Under the pieces are notes generated by a model, which was not told the DNA's origin, did not search any database, and saw only the letters and a program-made list of their open reading frames with translations. Source: a virus (taxonomy: Duplodnaviria; Heunggongvirae; Uroviricota; Caudoviricetes). Taken from it: a stretch of DNA of 64,000 nucleotides. This document shows positions 39,576-48,987 of the stretch, one piece after another. The stretch's first letter is position 1; every line of letters begins with the position of its first letter. The stretch lies in the IMG/VR virus record IMGVR_UViG_2529292920_000018, positions 2,322 through 66,321 of that record, one strand, 5' to 3'. The position numbers and the translations under genes were made by a program.

Positions 39576-40175
39576 CTATTTGTCCCGGTTGGCTAAGGGA
39601 TGACACAATTTATTCTTTGTCGCTGATGAGGGAAATTTTTTATAGAGCGTGGACAGGCCAATATCAAAAATCAGTGCCACGCGTTGACGTGACTCCCCTG
39701 CAGCCAGCAAACGCCCGGCCTGCTCCCACTCACTCGCGGTGAGTTTCGGTCGTCTGCCACCAATACGACCTTTGGCTCTGGCCGCTTCCAGTCCGGCGCG
39801 TGTCCGCTCGACAATGAGTTCTCGCTCCATTTCAGCCAGGGCACCCATCACATGAAAGAAAAAACGCCCCATCGGTGTGCTGGTATCAATAGCATCCGTC
39901 AGGCTGCGAAAATTAACGCCGCGTTCGCGCAGTTCCTCAACCAGAATGACCAGATGCCGCATACTACGCCCCAGCCGGTCCAGCTTCCAGACCACCAGTG
40001 TATCCCCCTCCGATAATGTCCTGAGCAGTTTTTTCAGTCCCGGTCGGTCGGACTTCGTGCCGCTGATTTTATCCTCAAAAATCAGCTCACATCCTGCGCA
40101 CTCCAGCGCGTTACGCTGCAATTCCGTATTCTGGTCATTTGTTGACACGCGTACATAGCCAATAAGCATGAGCAT
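39576..40175 (-). CDS. site-specific DNA invertase, serine recombinase (Hin/Gin/Pin/Cin family)
   Basis: N-terminal IGYVRVSTNDQ catalytic serine motif and C-terminal HTH; adjacent to invertible segment. Confidence 0.9.
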   Translation of the reverse strand: MLMLIGYVRVSTNDQNTELQRNALECAGCELIFEDKISGTKSDRPGLKKLLRTLSEGDTLVVWKLDRLGRSMRHLVILVEELRERGVNFRSLTDAIDTSTPMGRFFFHVMGALAEMERELIVERTRAGLEAARAKGRIGGRRPKLTASEWEQAGRLLAAGESRQRVALIFDIGLSTLYKKFPSSATKNKLCHPLANRDK

Positions 40176-40250
40176 CCCCCTGAATAAAAACCGGAGATGA
40201 TGCCAGTTAGCCGTAATCTCTGCATTTTCTTAAACGTTGGTTTGGGAGAA

Positions 40251-40769
40251 GGTGCTCCAGCTATTGGCGTTCCGTTCTTCTGGCCGTCCGCAGCAATGCC
40301 AGATACCGTAATCGATAGCTGGTCCAGCATGGTGTTTTTGAAGTTCAACGGCGCGAAATTCTCTGCCACTGATTACCCTGTGCTGGCGAAAGTGTTTCCG
40401 GCGCTGGCATTACCTGACGCACGCGGTGATTTCATTCGTATCTGGGATGACGGGCGCGGGATTGATGTCGGACGTACCCTACTTTCAGGGCAATCACACA
40501 CAATTATGGATCATGCGCACAATATGGAATTGTGGACGGGGGACGGGCTTGCCGCAGGAAGTGCACGGGAAGGAGTAAACCCAGGAATACTGGCTACATA
40601 TGGTGACGGGGGAATAGTTAAAACGGACGAACCCGGTCTTAGGGTGCCTTCCTCACTACGAGCTCTTAGCTCTCGTAGTGTTAAACGTTATGGTGAAATT
40701 AGTGGAAATGTAGGTACAGAAACCCGTCCACGAAATATTGCATTTAACTTTCTGGTGAGGGCTAAATAA
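40251..40769 (+). CDS. silent alternative tail-fibre C-terminal cassette (no own start; would fuse to H after inversion)
   Basis: Reading frame runs through the crossover site encoding GLGE exactly as in H (..AYLGLGE..). Confidence 0.6.
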   Translation, partial: GAPAIGVPFFWPSAAMPDTVIDSWSSMVFLKFNGAKFSATDYPVLAKVFPALALPDARGDFIRIWDDGRGIDVGRTLLSGQSHTIMDHAHNMELWTGDGLAAGSAREGVNPGILATYGDGGIVKTDEPGLRVPSSLRALSSRSVKRYGEISGNVGTETRPRNIAFNFLVRAK

Positions 40770-41362
40770 TGAAACCTGTTTTTGATGAAAATGGGCTGGC
40801 TACAGTACCGGGTAATATGCGTTGTTTTTATTATGATGCTGAAACATCTGAGTATACGGGCTGGTCTGATGAATATATTAATACTGGTGTAAGTATGCCC
40901 GACTGTTCCACTGGTATTGACCCTGGCGAATACATTCCGGGGAAAGTGGCAGTATTTACGGGTAAGGGATGGAGCCATGAAGAAGACCACCGCAATGAGA
41001 CTGTTTACTCAATCGAAAATGGCGCAGCTGTTACAGTGGATTATATCGGTGCCATCAAAGACGGTTATGTCACGCTTTCACCGTTAACGCCATACGATAA
41101 ATGGGATGGTGAGAAATGGGTGACGGATACCGAGGCACAGCATAGCGCCGCACTAGACGCGGCAGAAGTAAAGCGCCAGTCGCTGATTGATGCTGCAATG
41201 GCTTCCATCAGTCTGATTCAACTGAAATTACAGGCCGGGCGGAAGCTGACGCAGCCAGAAAACACCCGACTTAACGCTGTGCTGGATTATATTGACGCGG
41301 TGACGGCAACAGATACCAGCACCGCACCGGATGTCATCTGGCCTGAACTGCCGGAGGCGTAG
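40769..41362 (+). CDS. alternative tail fibre assembly chaperone
   Basis: C-terminal ...NAVLDYIDAVTATDTSTAPDVIWPELP parallels the end of the G gene product. Confidence 0.7.
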   Translation: MKPVFDENGLATVPGNMRCFYYDAETSEYTGWSDEYINTGVSMPDCSTGIDPGEYIPGKVAVFTGKGWSHEEDHRNETVYSIENGAAVTVDYIGAIKDGYVTLSPLTPYDKWDGEKWVTDTEAQHSAALDAAEVKRQSLIDAAMASISLIQLKLQAGRKLTQPENTRLNAVLDYIDAVTATDTSTAPDVIWPELPEA

Positions 41363-41774
41363 GCCATTCAATATCTGGCGCACCGGAAGTATCGACCAGT
41401 TCCAGTGCGTCCAGATAATCCAGCCACAAATTATATTGCACCAGTTCCTCACCTTTCAGGCGACCAATCGCCGCTTTACCAGGCCATTGCTTACTGTTTA
41501 TGTATTCGTTGACCTGATTAATCAATTGCTGCTTTTTCAGTTCGGCTGCGGCAATTTGTTCCTCATGAGTTGGCGGTGGAATATCAATCCATGCAGGCAT
41601 TCCGTCGATGACACCTCTGTATTTTCCTTCTGGTGCTTCCTTCATAAATTCGGCAGCAACAGTGTCGTCAATTTCGATTCCATCATCGGGCCATTCGCCG
41701 GATTCCTGATAAGCGATTTTAAGCTCCACAGGGAAAAACGCATTTTTATCGGCACTGAAAATATATTTCTGCAT
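41334..41774 (-). CDS. G: tail fibre assembly protein G (current orientation)
   Basis: 146-aa ORF after H; C-terminal ...NLWLDYLDALELVDTSGAPDIEWP. Confidence 0.8.
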   Translation of the reverse strand: MQKYIFSADKNAFFPVELKIAYQESGEWPDDGIEIDDTVAAEFMKEAPEGKYRGVIDGMPAWIDIPPPTHEEQIAAAELKKQQLINQVNEYINSKQWPGKAAIGRLKGEELVQYNLWLDYLDALELVDTSGAPDIEWPTPPAVQAR

Positions 41775-41776
41775 TT

Positions 41777-42961
41777 CTACCGTCCTATCGAAATATAACT
41801 GAATCTGTATTGCTGTGAGATATCACTGGTTGCCACACGCCACGCTGAATTACTGATATGTTCAAAATTTACAGACAAAACCTGCGGGGCAGGAATCGAC
41901 GGGTCTGACTGAACGGCATCAGACATAACACTGACTGAAACCATCGGCTGATTAGGGAATGGTATAGGGAAGTGTCCACTGATAAAGCGGGTCGTGTTTC
42001 CTGCAAAAGTGCCAAACTGAACAATATATCCACCTGGTAGCCTGAACCATCCCGAACCAGAAGCGAATGCTCCCATATCCGGTATCTGATTATCTCCTGT
42101 GCCCACATTCCGTTTTGCCGCTTCTCCCAAACCAAGGTATGCGAGAAGACCGGCAACATCCTTTCCACTCAAATGAGTCAGCGTATTGTCCAGCGGTTGT
42201 TTACCTGCCAGCGCATTGTTAATGGTAGTGCTGAATTTCGGGTCATTGTTAATGGCCGCGGCAATTTCTTTCAGTGTGTCCAGCGTGGCTGGCGCGCCGT
42301 TAATCAGAGCGGTAATAGCAGCCTGAACAAACTCAGTGGTCGCAATCCGCGTGGTGTTATTTCCTGCGGCAGGCGTCGGCGCTTTTGGTTCTCCGGTAAA
42401 TGTCGGATTATGTTTCTGTGCATACTGGGTATGAGGATCCTGTGCGGCAATGTGGTTTCTCATCTGGTCATCCACATACAGCTTTAATTCCAGGACTTTA
42501 TCATCCACGTATTTACGGGTCGCCAGTACCACCGACGGGTCGATTTTCAGCGTGATGGCTTCGGTATTCGTGACAACCAGAATCATGCGGATAGTCTGGG
42601 TACGACCACTGCCTTCCTGCAACTGCGGTTTGTACGTTTCCGGGCAGTTCGCCACCGCAATGAGTACGCCTTCATCATCATAAAGCCCAATCTCACGGAT
42701 CCAGAATCCGCCCTCGTTCTCAGGGATGATTTGCTCCGCAATAATCTGGCTCTGGTTGTTCGGGTCAACACTCAGAAGATTCAGCGGCGCGATGCGTTTC
42801 TGGTTAATCAGTTTTGTCTGTGCCGGGTCTGGTGTCGGCAAGACACCATTCGCATCACCAACGGCCATTTGCGTCAGATTCAGCTTACTGCCGAGCATCG
42901 TCGCGTTAGCCAGCCGTGCTGCGCCCTGATTAGTCAGAATGGCGTAGTATTTCACTGTCAT
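41777..42961 (-). CDS. H: tail fibre protein H (constant N-terminus plus currently expressed variable C-terminus)
   Basis: N-terminus with MAVGDANG...GGFWIREIGLYDDEGVLIAVAN as in the P2 H family; crossover site inside the gene at 42122..42147. Confidence 0.85.
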   Translation of the reverse strand: MTVKYYAILTNQGAARLANATMLGSKLNLTQMAVGDANGVLPTPDPAQTKLINQKRIAPLNLLSVDPNNQSQIIAEQIIPENEGGFWIREIGLYDDEGVLIAVANCPETYKPQLQEGSGRTQTIRMILVVTNTEAITLKIDPSVVLATRKYVDDKVLELKLYVDDQMRNHIAAQDPHTQYAQKHNPTFTGEPKAPTPAAGNNTTRIATTEFVQAAITALINGAPATLDTLKEIAAAINNDPKFSTTINNALAGKQPLDNTLTHLSGKDVAGLLAYLGLGEAAKRNVGTGDNQIPDMGAFASGSGWFRLPGGYIVQFGTFAGNTTRFISGHFPIPFPNQPMVSVSVMSDAVQSDPSIPAPQVLSVNFEHISNSAWRVATSDISQQYRFSYISIGR

Positions 42962-43569
42962 GCGTTTACTCTCAGGTTATCAATTAAATGAATGGCCGAG
43001 GCCGGGAAATAATCCCCTCCGACAATAATGGCCTCCGGGGTGTAGGGATAAACCGTCAGGGCGTCGCCGTGATAGCATCCCGCACCGGCAAAAATGTTGC
43101 CGTTTGTACTTAAACTGATAGCCAGTCCCGTCAGATGGCGGCTTGCCGGTTTTGCATCAGCAACGAGGCGCTCCAGCTCCTGATACATTTCTTCGGTAAT
43201 ACCCTGCTCAAGCACGCCAACAACGATACGGAACGTCCCCGGCTCCTCGTTGAGCTGCCACCACTCCCTTACCTCAATCAGATAGCCGAGCGGCTCCACC
43301 ACACGCCGGATTGCGCCTATAGTGCCCTTATGGCAGTGAATGAAATACGCATCGCGGATAACAGCGCGTTTTGTCGCTTCCGGCCACTTATCATCCCAGC
43401 GGTCAACCGAAAATGACCACGCCAGCCACGGCAGCAGATTTGCCGGGCAGGTGTCCGGGTTCCACAGTTCACGAATACTGACCGGTGTTTTTTCAATTTC
43501 CGCACAGGCTTTTGCGGCGGCAACTTCAAGCGGTGATGAGCCGGTCGGCAGCAGTCGCGAATCACTCAT
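42958..43569 (-). CDS. I: baseplate/tail protein I
   Basis: 203-aa ORF in P2 order. Confidence 0.8.
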   Translation of the reverse strand: MSDSRLLPTGSSPLEVAAAKACAEIEKTPVSIRELWNPDTCPANLLPWLAWSFSVDRWDDKWPEATKRAVIRDAYFIHCHKGTIGAIRRVVEPLGYLIEVREWWQLNEEPGTFRIVVGVLEQGITEEMYQELERLVADAKPASRHLTGLAISLSTNGNIFAGAGCYHGDALTVYPYTPEAIIVGGDYFPASAIHLIDNLRVNA

Positions 43570-44470
43570 CCGAGCCTCCGGTCACGACGCGGTATTCGGT
43601 ACAGAAAGACGCCTGCGTACTGTTGAGCACGATGTCGGCCAGTGGTGCTGCCAGCTCGACACGCTGCACGCCTTCCACATGCAAAGCGGCATAAATGGCA
43701 GACAGACGGATGTCGCGCCCCAGCCGGTGCTGTGCCGTGATGTACGCTTCCAGCTTTTTCACGGCGGCGGCGCGAATGGGTTCGCTTTCGGGACCAGGGT
43801 AAAGATACAGCGTGGCGTTTATCTGGTATTCAACGATGGCGGCAGACTGCACGGTCACGCGGTCGGCCACCGGCCTGACGTCCTCGCCATTAAGGGCGTT
43901 ACGCACCACGGCCAGCAGGTCTTCGGATGCGACGCCGTTATTTTCACGTGACAGCACGGAGATGGTGACGCAGGCCGGAGACGGACTGGTGACAGAGATA
44001 TCCGCGACACGCCCGTCAGCACTGCGACCATGATACTGATAGGCCCCCACCGACCCGGCGACGCTTAAGCCCTCAAACGCCTGCTGAATACGCAGACGAT
44101 AATCGGTGTCAGACTCCATCACTGCCGGTGTCGGCGGGATAGTCGAATCATCTGCCGGGGTGATAATCAGGCGCGTGGTGTTGTAATTGGCACCAATCAC
44201 ATCAAGGTCATTACCGGCGGCACAAGCCAGCATCACCGCCCGTGCGGCCTCATTCACACGCTGACGCCAGATAAGCTCACGATAAGCATTTTCCTCCAGC
44301 AGTTTGACGAGAGGCTCAGATTCCAGCGTCAGGGTACGGGCGACCGCCTCCTGCTGGTCTTCCGGGTAAAGGGAAATCAGTGTCGCCTTGCGTTCGGCAA
44401 GAATGGTTTCAAAGTCCAGCTCCTCGACCACATCCGGTGCGGGTAGCTGGTTCAGGTCGATAATCGGCAT
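43562..44470 (-). CDS. J: baseplate assembly protein J
   Basis: 302-aa ORF. Confidence 0.85.
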   Translation of the reverse strand: MPIIDLNQLPAPDVVEELDFETILAERKATLISLYPEDQQEAVARTLTLESEPLVKLLEENAYRELIWRQRVNEAARAVMLACAAGNDLDVIGANYNTTRLIITPADDSTIPPTPAVMESDTDYRLRIQQAFEGLSVAGSVGAYQYHGRSADGRVADISVTSPSPACVTISVLSRENNGVASEDLLAVVRNALNGEDVRPVADRVTVQSAAIVEYQINATLYLYPGPESEPIRAAAVKKLEAYITAQHRLGRDIRLSAIYAALHVEGVQRVELAAPLADIVLNSTQASFCTEYRVVTGGSDE

Positions 44471-44474
44471 GGTT

Positions 44475-44822
44475 TCAACTCACAGGGATGATTAACGAAA
44501 GTAGCTGGCCGGTGTCGTTGTGCTGACCGGTTAACGTGACCGTCATTCGCCCGTCAAAACTGCGCGCCGTGGTGACGGATGACAGGGTGACGCGGGGTTC
44601 CCATTTCAGCACTGCCATGTAACAGGCGACCTTAATCTGCAACTCAAGCGCCGGAGTCTGCGGCTGGTCAATCATTGACGCCAGCAACGAGCCGTAATCA
44701 CGACGCATCACCCGTGAGCCGACCGGTGTGCGCAGGATATCGCCGATACTCTGGCTGATATGCTCAAGGTCAGTGACCGTCAGGCCATCACTGCGATTCA
44801 TTCCGAGATAACGCGCTGTCAT
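44475..44822 (-). CDS. W: baseplate protein W
   Basis: 115-aa ORF, gp25-like. Confidence 0.85.
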   Translation of the reverse strand: MTARYLGMNRSDGLTVTDLEHISQSIGDILRTPVGSRVMRRDYGSLLASMIDQPQTPALELQIKVACYMAVLKWEPRVTLSSVTTARSFDGRMTVTLTGQHNDTGQLLSLIIPVS

Positions 44823-45454
44823 AAAGGACTCCCGGTTGTGCCGCCGCTGTCGCCGGGGTGTTTGTGGGTATGCAGTACCTTACCGTTTGATGAGAGTTCA
44901 CCGCCGGTGTGTTCAATGTTGCCGCGCATCGTCCCGCCCTTCTGCACTTCCAGCGTGCCGGTAGTCAGTTTGTTAGTGCAGACCACTTCCGGTGTGTCCA
45001 GGGTGACACGGGTTGACGCTTTCACCATGACCACCGGTACCGTGGCAGTAACAGAATCAGAAGCCGTCACGCTGGCCGTTTTAATTCCGCTTACCGTGAG
45101 TGCACTGGTTTCGGGTTCATACTCAATCACCGCCCCGTCAGGGAAACGGATATGCAGGGCATCCGCCGACGCAGACGGCGCGCGGTTATCGCCGGAATAA
45201 ATCCCCGGCAGAACGAACGCCGTGTCGAGTTCACCGCCCACGGCCAGAATCAGCACCTGTTCCCCCACGGAAGGTGCCCACCATGTGCGCGAACGTCCGG
45301 CGCGATGGGTCAGCCACTGAAGCCAGTCGGTGCACATGCCGCCGGTCTGCACACGGCAGCGACCGGCGTTAAGGTCGGTTTCGACGATAATGCCGGTGCG
45401 GATCATGTTGCGCAGTGCGCGCGCGAGTTCCTGAATATTTGCGAGAGTGTTCAT
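44819..45454 (-). CDS. V: baseplate spike protein V
   Basis: 211-aa ORF. Confidence 0.8.
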   Translation of the reverse strand: MNTLANIQELARALRNMIRTGIIVETDLNAGRCRVQTGGMCTDWLQWLTHRAGRSRTWWAPSVGEQVLILAVGGELDTAFVLPGIYSGDNRAPSASADALHIRFPDGAVIEYEPETSALTVSGIKTASVTASDSVTATVPVVMVKASTRVTLDTPEVVCTNKLTTGTLEVQKGGTMRGNIEHTGGELSSNGKVLHTHKHPGDSGGTTGSPL

Positions 45455-45520
45455 AACGGGAAGGATGCCGCCGGGTCATACCGGCGGCAATGTGACGATG
45501 AGGTGTCGGGAATGGCACAA

Positions 45521-45973
45521 CTAACGGTCGAGGTGAGCCAGGATAATCTCTTCAATCATCTGCACATCCTCACAGGTAAAGCCGAGCAGAGGACGCGCCG
45601 GATAATCAATTTTCTTACCGTCTTTCCGGTTTTCTTCCGACAGACCGAACTGATGCACACTGGCGATTTTCGGCGACTTCCCGCCGTAAAATTCCATTGA
45701 TGCCTGCTCCGGGCTGGCACGGATATGCAAAAAACGACTGGTGATAAGTTTCGCAAACATTTTTCGCTTAACACGACCGGTCTTTTTTCTGGCGCTCTGC
45801 TGCTGGCGTGGCGCGTAGGGTGTGCCGTCCGGGGCTTTCTGAGCCATCACCCGACGCTGCTGACTCTGCCGCAGACGTTTCGCCAGTTCGGCGCTCAGTC
45901 GCCGACGCCCTGACGGTGACAGCGATTCAATCAGTCCGGTCAGCCGGTCTTCAAAACGCTTAAACTCATTCAT
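45521..45973 (-). CDS. S: tail completion protein S
   Basis: 150-aa ORF. Confidence 0.75.
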   Translation of the reverse strand: MNEFKRFEDRLTGLIESLSPSGRRRLSAELAKRLRQSQQRRVMAQKAPDGTPYAPRQQQSARKKTGRVKRKMFAKLITSRFLHIRASPEQASMEFYGGKSPKIASVHQFGLSEENRKDGKKIDYPARPLLGFTCEDVQMIEEIILAHLDR

Positions 45974-46433
45974 CCCACTTGCTCACCAGTTCGCCATTGA
46001 TATAAAGCTCCACCGGGCGGGTGACCGGCTCCGGCGGCGTGGGTTCCGGGATATTCTTCACATGCAGTGCGCCGTCCACCTCACTGACCAGCGTGCGCTC
46101 GGTCAGCATCAGGCTGATGCTGATATCAAAGCTGCTGTCATTGTTGATGTCTGCATAAAACGTGAAGCCCTTTTTCTGGCCTGCGTCGGTGGTCATGATG
46201 TCGGGCTGATTTTCCCGCAGCCACGCCAGCACCGGCACGATGAGCAGGTCAAAATCACCGGTAAAGTCGGTCACAATCACATTGAGCGTGTAACGCTTTT
46301 CGAATGACAACGACGTCGCCAGCGTGGAGGCAATACTCCCGTTATCAACGAATATCCGCAGCATCTCGGGACTGGTTTTCAGCACCGTGACGGCATCAGT
46401 CAGCGCCCTGCGCAGGCTGTCGGGTTTGAGCAT
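45966..46433 (-). CDS. R: tail completion protein R
   Basis: 155-aa ORF. Confidence 0.75.
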   Translation of the reverse strand: MLKPDSLRRALTDAVTVLKTSPEMLRIFVDNGSIASTLATSLSFEKRYTLNVIVTDFTGDFDLLIVPVLAWLRENQPDIMTTDAGQKKGFTFYADINNDSSFDISISLMLTERTLVSEVDGALHVKNIPEPTPPEPVTRPVELYINGELVSKWDE

Positions 46434-46686
46434 CGTTTTCGTCCTGACAGTGTTTAATCATTTTTACCTGGCTGGCACAGCGTGCCAGCGCGTTCTCAAG
46501 CTGCCGGATATCGGCACTTAAATCGCCGTTCGTCTCCGGGTCACTGCCCGGCATCGGGCAAAGACTCACTTTCGGGCAGGCGTTGTGGACAATCACTGGC
46601 GTCAGTGCAGGCCGGGCGCTGGTGCAACCGGCGCACAGCATCAGGCAGGTCAGCACCGTACCAGCGGCGAAAATCCTCGTTTTCAT
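46396..46686 (-). CDS. lysC: o-spanin LysC (lipoprotein), partly embedded in lysB
   Basis: MKTRIFAAGTVLTCLMLCAGC lipoprotein signal and lipobox; start ATG 46686. Confidence 0.6.
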   Translation of the reverse strand: MKTRIFAAGTVLTCLMLCAGCTSARPALTPVIVHNACPKVSLCPMPGSDPETNGDLSADIRQLENALARCASQVKMIKHCQDENDAQTRQPAQGAD

Positions 46687-46966
46687 TAAGTAACCTCGTG
46701 ATGGTTTTCTCGCGCTGTGCTTCACGTTTCGCGGCGTTCTCCAGTTCCTGACGCAGTGCCACCTGCGCCAGCTCGTTTTTGTCTGCCCTGGTGAGGGCAA
46801 CATGAAGCTGATTTTTCAGCATGGTGATGGTCGTCTGCTGTTCACTGGCGACGTTATTCGCCCTGTCCAGCGAGGCGCGCAGGCTGGCATTTTTGTGTTT
46901 CACCAGAAACAGACCGGCCACCGCCAGTGATAACAACACAACCAGCACAGTCATCAGCTTTGACAT
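46541..46966 (-). CDS. lysB: i-spanin LysB
   Basis: N-terminal TM helix then coiled coil. Confidence 0.65.
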   Translation of the reverse strand: MSKLMTVLVVLLSLAVAGLFLVKHKNASLRASLDRANNVASEQQTTITMLKNQLHVALTRADKNELAQVALRQELENAAKREAQREKTITRLLNENEDFRRWYGADLPDAVRRLHQRPACTDASDCPQRLPESESLPDAGQ

Positions 46967-47379
46967 GGTTCCCGCCCCTCAAAACGCTGACGGCAGGCCG
47001 TACGTATCAGCCGGAAAAACAGCGACGCCACAAGATAAATCAGCGCAGTAAAAATCCACCCGGCAGCGACCAGCGAGATAAACGTCACCACCATCACCAC
47101 CAGAGCCGCCGCCCGTCTGCGCCACGGCACCGGCTGCAAAAACAGCGACGTGACAATCTTCACGGCCAGCGATTCCGGCGGCAGCTCCCGCCCGTAGCGT
47201 TCCAGTACATACTCCGTGGCATACACGCCGACACCACCGGCAACCACACAGATAACCGTCGCCAGAATCGCCCAGGTGGCGACAAAACTGACGGCCACGC
47301 TCTGCGGGTAAGTCAGGGACAGTGCCAGCATCAGCGTCAGCGACACGTTCAGCATCAGTGAAAGGGATAATTTCTTCAT
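46954..47379 (-). CDS. lysA: LysA membrane protein (lysis timing)
   Basis: 141-aa polytopic membrane ORF between K and lysB. Confidence 0.6.
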   Translation of the reverse strand: MKKLSLSLMLNVSLTLMLALSLTYPQSVAVSFVATWAILATVICVVAGGVGVYATEYVLERYGRELPPESLAVKIVTSLFLQPVPWRRRAAALVVMVVTFISLVAAGWIFTALIYLVASLFFRLIRTACRQRFEGREPCQS

Positions 47380-47393
47380 GGTGTTTACTCCGT

Positions 47394-47891
47394 TTAAGCC
47401 GGTACGCCGCCAGCGGTACGCCAGACGGTGACCAGTTTTTCCAGTGAATGCTCACGCTGACCGTAACCGGCACCCGGCAGGGACGCCCAGATATTGCGAC
47501 AGCGTGAAATGGCGCGCTCAATGCGTCCCGCCCGGATGTCGTCCAGTGCACCGCGTTCGCGGATCAACTGAATGGCGAGCCTGTCCTGTGACAGCGGACT
47601 GAAATCCGGCAGGGCAAGCTGTTTGCGGTAGTGCGGCCAGAACAGGTAAAGCTGCTGATAGCGACCGGAGGCCGTGGATTTTTCACCGCGACGGTTAAAC
47701 ACCTTCGCCGGTCGGCCATGCGCGAACGGGTGGTCACTGTAGTCAGTGAAGATTTCCGGCTTTCCGTCCAGTCCGGTGACTATCACGTCATAGCCCCGGT
47801 TTTTCGTCAGCGGATGGTTCGCCGTCCCTTCGGACACGGCCAGCATGTCGAGAAAGGCCGCGATATTCTGGTGCGTGTTAATTACCGGCAT
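47394..47891 (-). CDS. K: endolysin (lysozyme K)
   Basis: 165-aa ORF following the holin. Confidence 0.8.
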   Translation of the reverse strand: MPVINTHQNIAAFLDMLAVSEGTANHPLTKNRGYDVIVTGLDGKPEIFTDYSDHPFAHGRPAKVFNRRGEKSTASGRYQQLYLFWPHYRKQLALPDFSPLSQDRLAIQLIRERGALDDIRAGRIERAISRCRNIWASLPGAGYGQREHSLEKLVTVWRTAGGVPA

Positions 47892-48172
47892 TACTGTTTC
47901 CCCCTGCCCTTAAAACGGCGCTGAATGGCAATCTCAATCACCTGATAACCGGCGATACCCAGCATGGAGCCGATGCCGCACACCGCAGGCAGTGACAGGT
48001 CAGGAAACTGCACCAGAACAACACCGGCGACCATCGAGACAAAACCACCGAGCAACATGCGCCCGATAAACAGACGCGGGGTGATGGGTTCACCACCGGC
48101 AAGCACCTTGCCGACAACAATCAGCACCCCAATCATGAAAAGCGACAGGACGCTTTTTTCTTCTGCTGTCAT
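47891..48172 (-). CDS. Y: holin Y
   Basis: 93-aa ORF with TM helices and a basic C-terminus. Confidence 0.7.
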   Translation of the reverse strand: MTAEEKSVLSLFMIGVLIVVGKVLAGGEPITPRLFIGRMLLGGFVSMVAGVVLVQFPDLSLPAVCGIGSMLGIAGYQVIEIAIQRRFKGRGKQ

Positions 48173-48175
48173 GCG

Positions 48176-48379
48176 TTACTCCCACAGATTGACAGTTTCA
48201 GCCACGGGCGCGGTCTGAACGTCGGGCAGTTCGACGGCGGTGCCGTGTGGCAGCACCGCACCCAGTTCAGCCAGTCCCGGATTTGCGGCGAGCACGGTTT
48301 CAACCACGCCCTCAGTGCGCCCGTAATACCGGACACAAATGGCGTCGAGCGTGTCGCCCTGTAGCGCAAAGGTCTTCAT
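48176..48379 (-). CDS. X: tail protein X
   Basis: 67 aa from ATG 48379 (MKTFALQGDTL...), overlapping the L stop. Confidence 0.75.
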   Translation of the reverse strand: MKTFALQGDTLDAICVRYYGRTEGVVETVLAANPGLAELGAVLPHGTAVELPDVQTAPVAETVNLWE

Positions 48380-48948
48380 CAGATTTGACTCACGATGCAG
48401 CGCGGCTTGTCCTGGATGCGCGCCACTGCCCAGCGCATATCCCGCCACAGTTCATCAATGGTGCTGTCAATGCTGTCGGCCTTCTTGTCGCCTTTCGCAC
48501 TGGCATCCACGCCGCGATAACGCTCATAAAGCGATGCGGTCGCCATCGCACACACGGCGCGCTCGTAGTAAAAAACTTTGATGCTTTCACCGTCGATGTC
48601 GTCCGCCGGGACGTCAGCCAGACGCGTAAAACCGGCGGCAATTTTCTGTTCGCGGTACTCGTACAGCTCCGCATTCGTTTCAGCCATGCCTGACTTGATG
48701 GCCTCACGCAGACGGGCGGGGGCGACGGTCTGCTCAAGGCGCATACGTTCCCGGACGCGCTTCGGGTCGATATTGGGAAAAAAGAACGTGTTTTTAATCA
48801 CCGGCTCGTCGCCTGCCGGTTGCGGGATGACCACCGTACCCTCACCGGATACGGGAGCCTCCTTTCGCGGAATAATCAGCGTCATCATGACTACCTCTGA
48901 AAAGTCGGGCGGTGGACGCCGGTGCAGTGTCAGATGATTCACCCTCAC
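48379..48948 (-). CDS. L: head completion protein L
   Basis: 189-aa ORF. Confidence 0.8.
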   Translation of the reverse strand: MRVNHLTLHRRPPPDFSEVVMMTLIIPRKEAPVSGEGTVVIPQPAGDEPVIKNTFFFPNIDPKRVRERMRLEQTVAPARLREAIKSGMAETNAELYEYREQKIAAGFTRLADVPADDIDGESIKVFYYERAVCAMATASLYERYRGVDASAKGDKKADSIDSTIDELWRDMRWAVARIQDKPRCIVSQI

Positions 48949-48987
48949 TGACCGGCGTGCCGCCCTGGCGCGGGGCGCATTCGGTTG

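Larger units (their letters stand above)
40225..42147. mobile_element. invertible tail-fibre segment bounded by inverted hix/gix-like 26-bp sites
   Basis: Site at 42122..42147 (TTCTCCCAAACCAAGGTATGCGAGAA) and inverted copy at 40225..40250; they share an identical 16-bp core TTCTCCCAAACCAA and fall in-frame in both fibre reading frames. Confidence 0.7.

Noticed and set aside
40197-40250. Met-initiated start of the 190-aa plus-strand ORF as an independent gene
   Set aside because: The Met lies outside the invertible segment next to the invertase start; the frame is better explained as a promoterless alternative fibre C-terminus read only after inversion.
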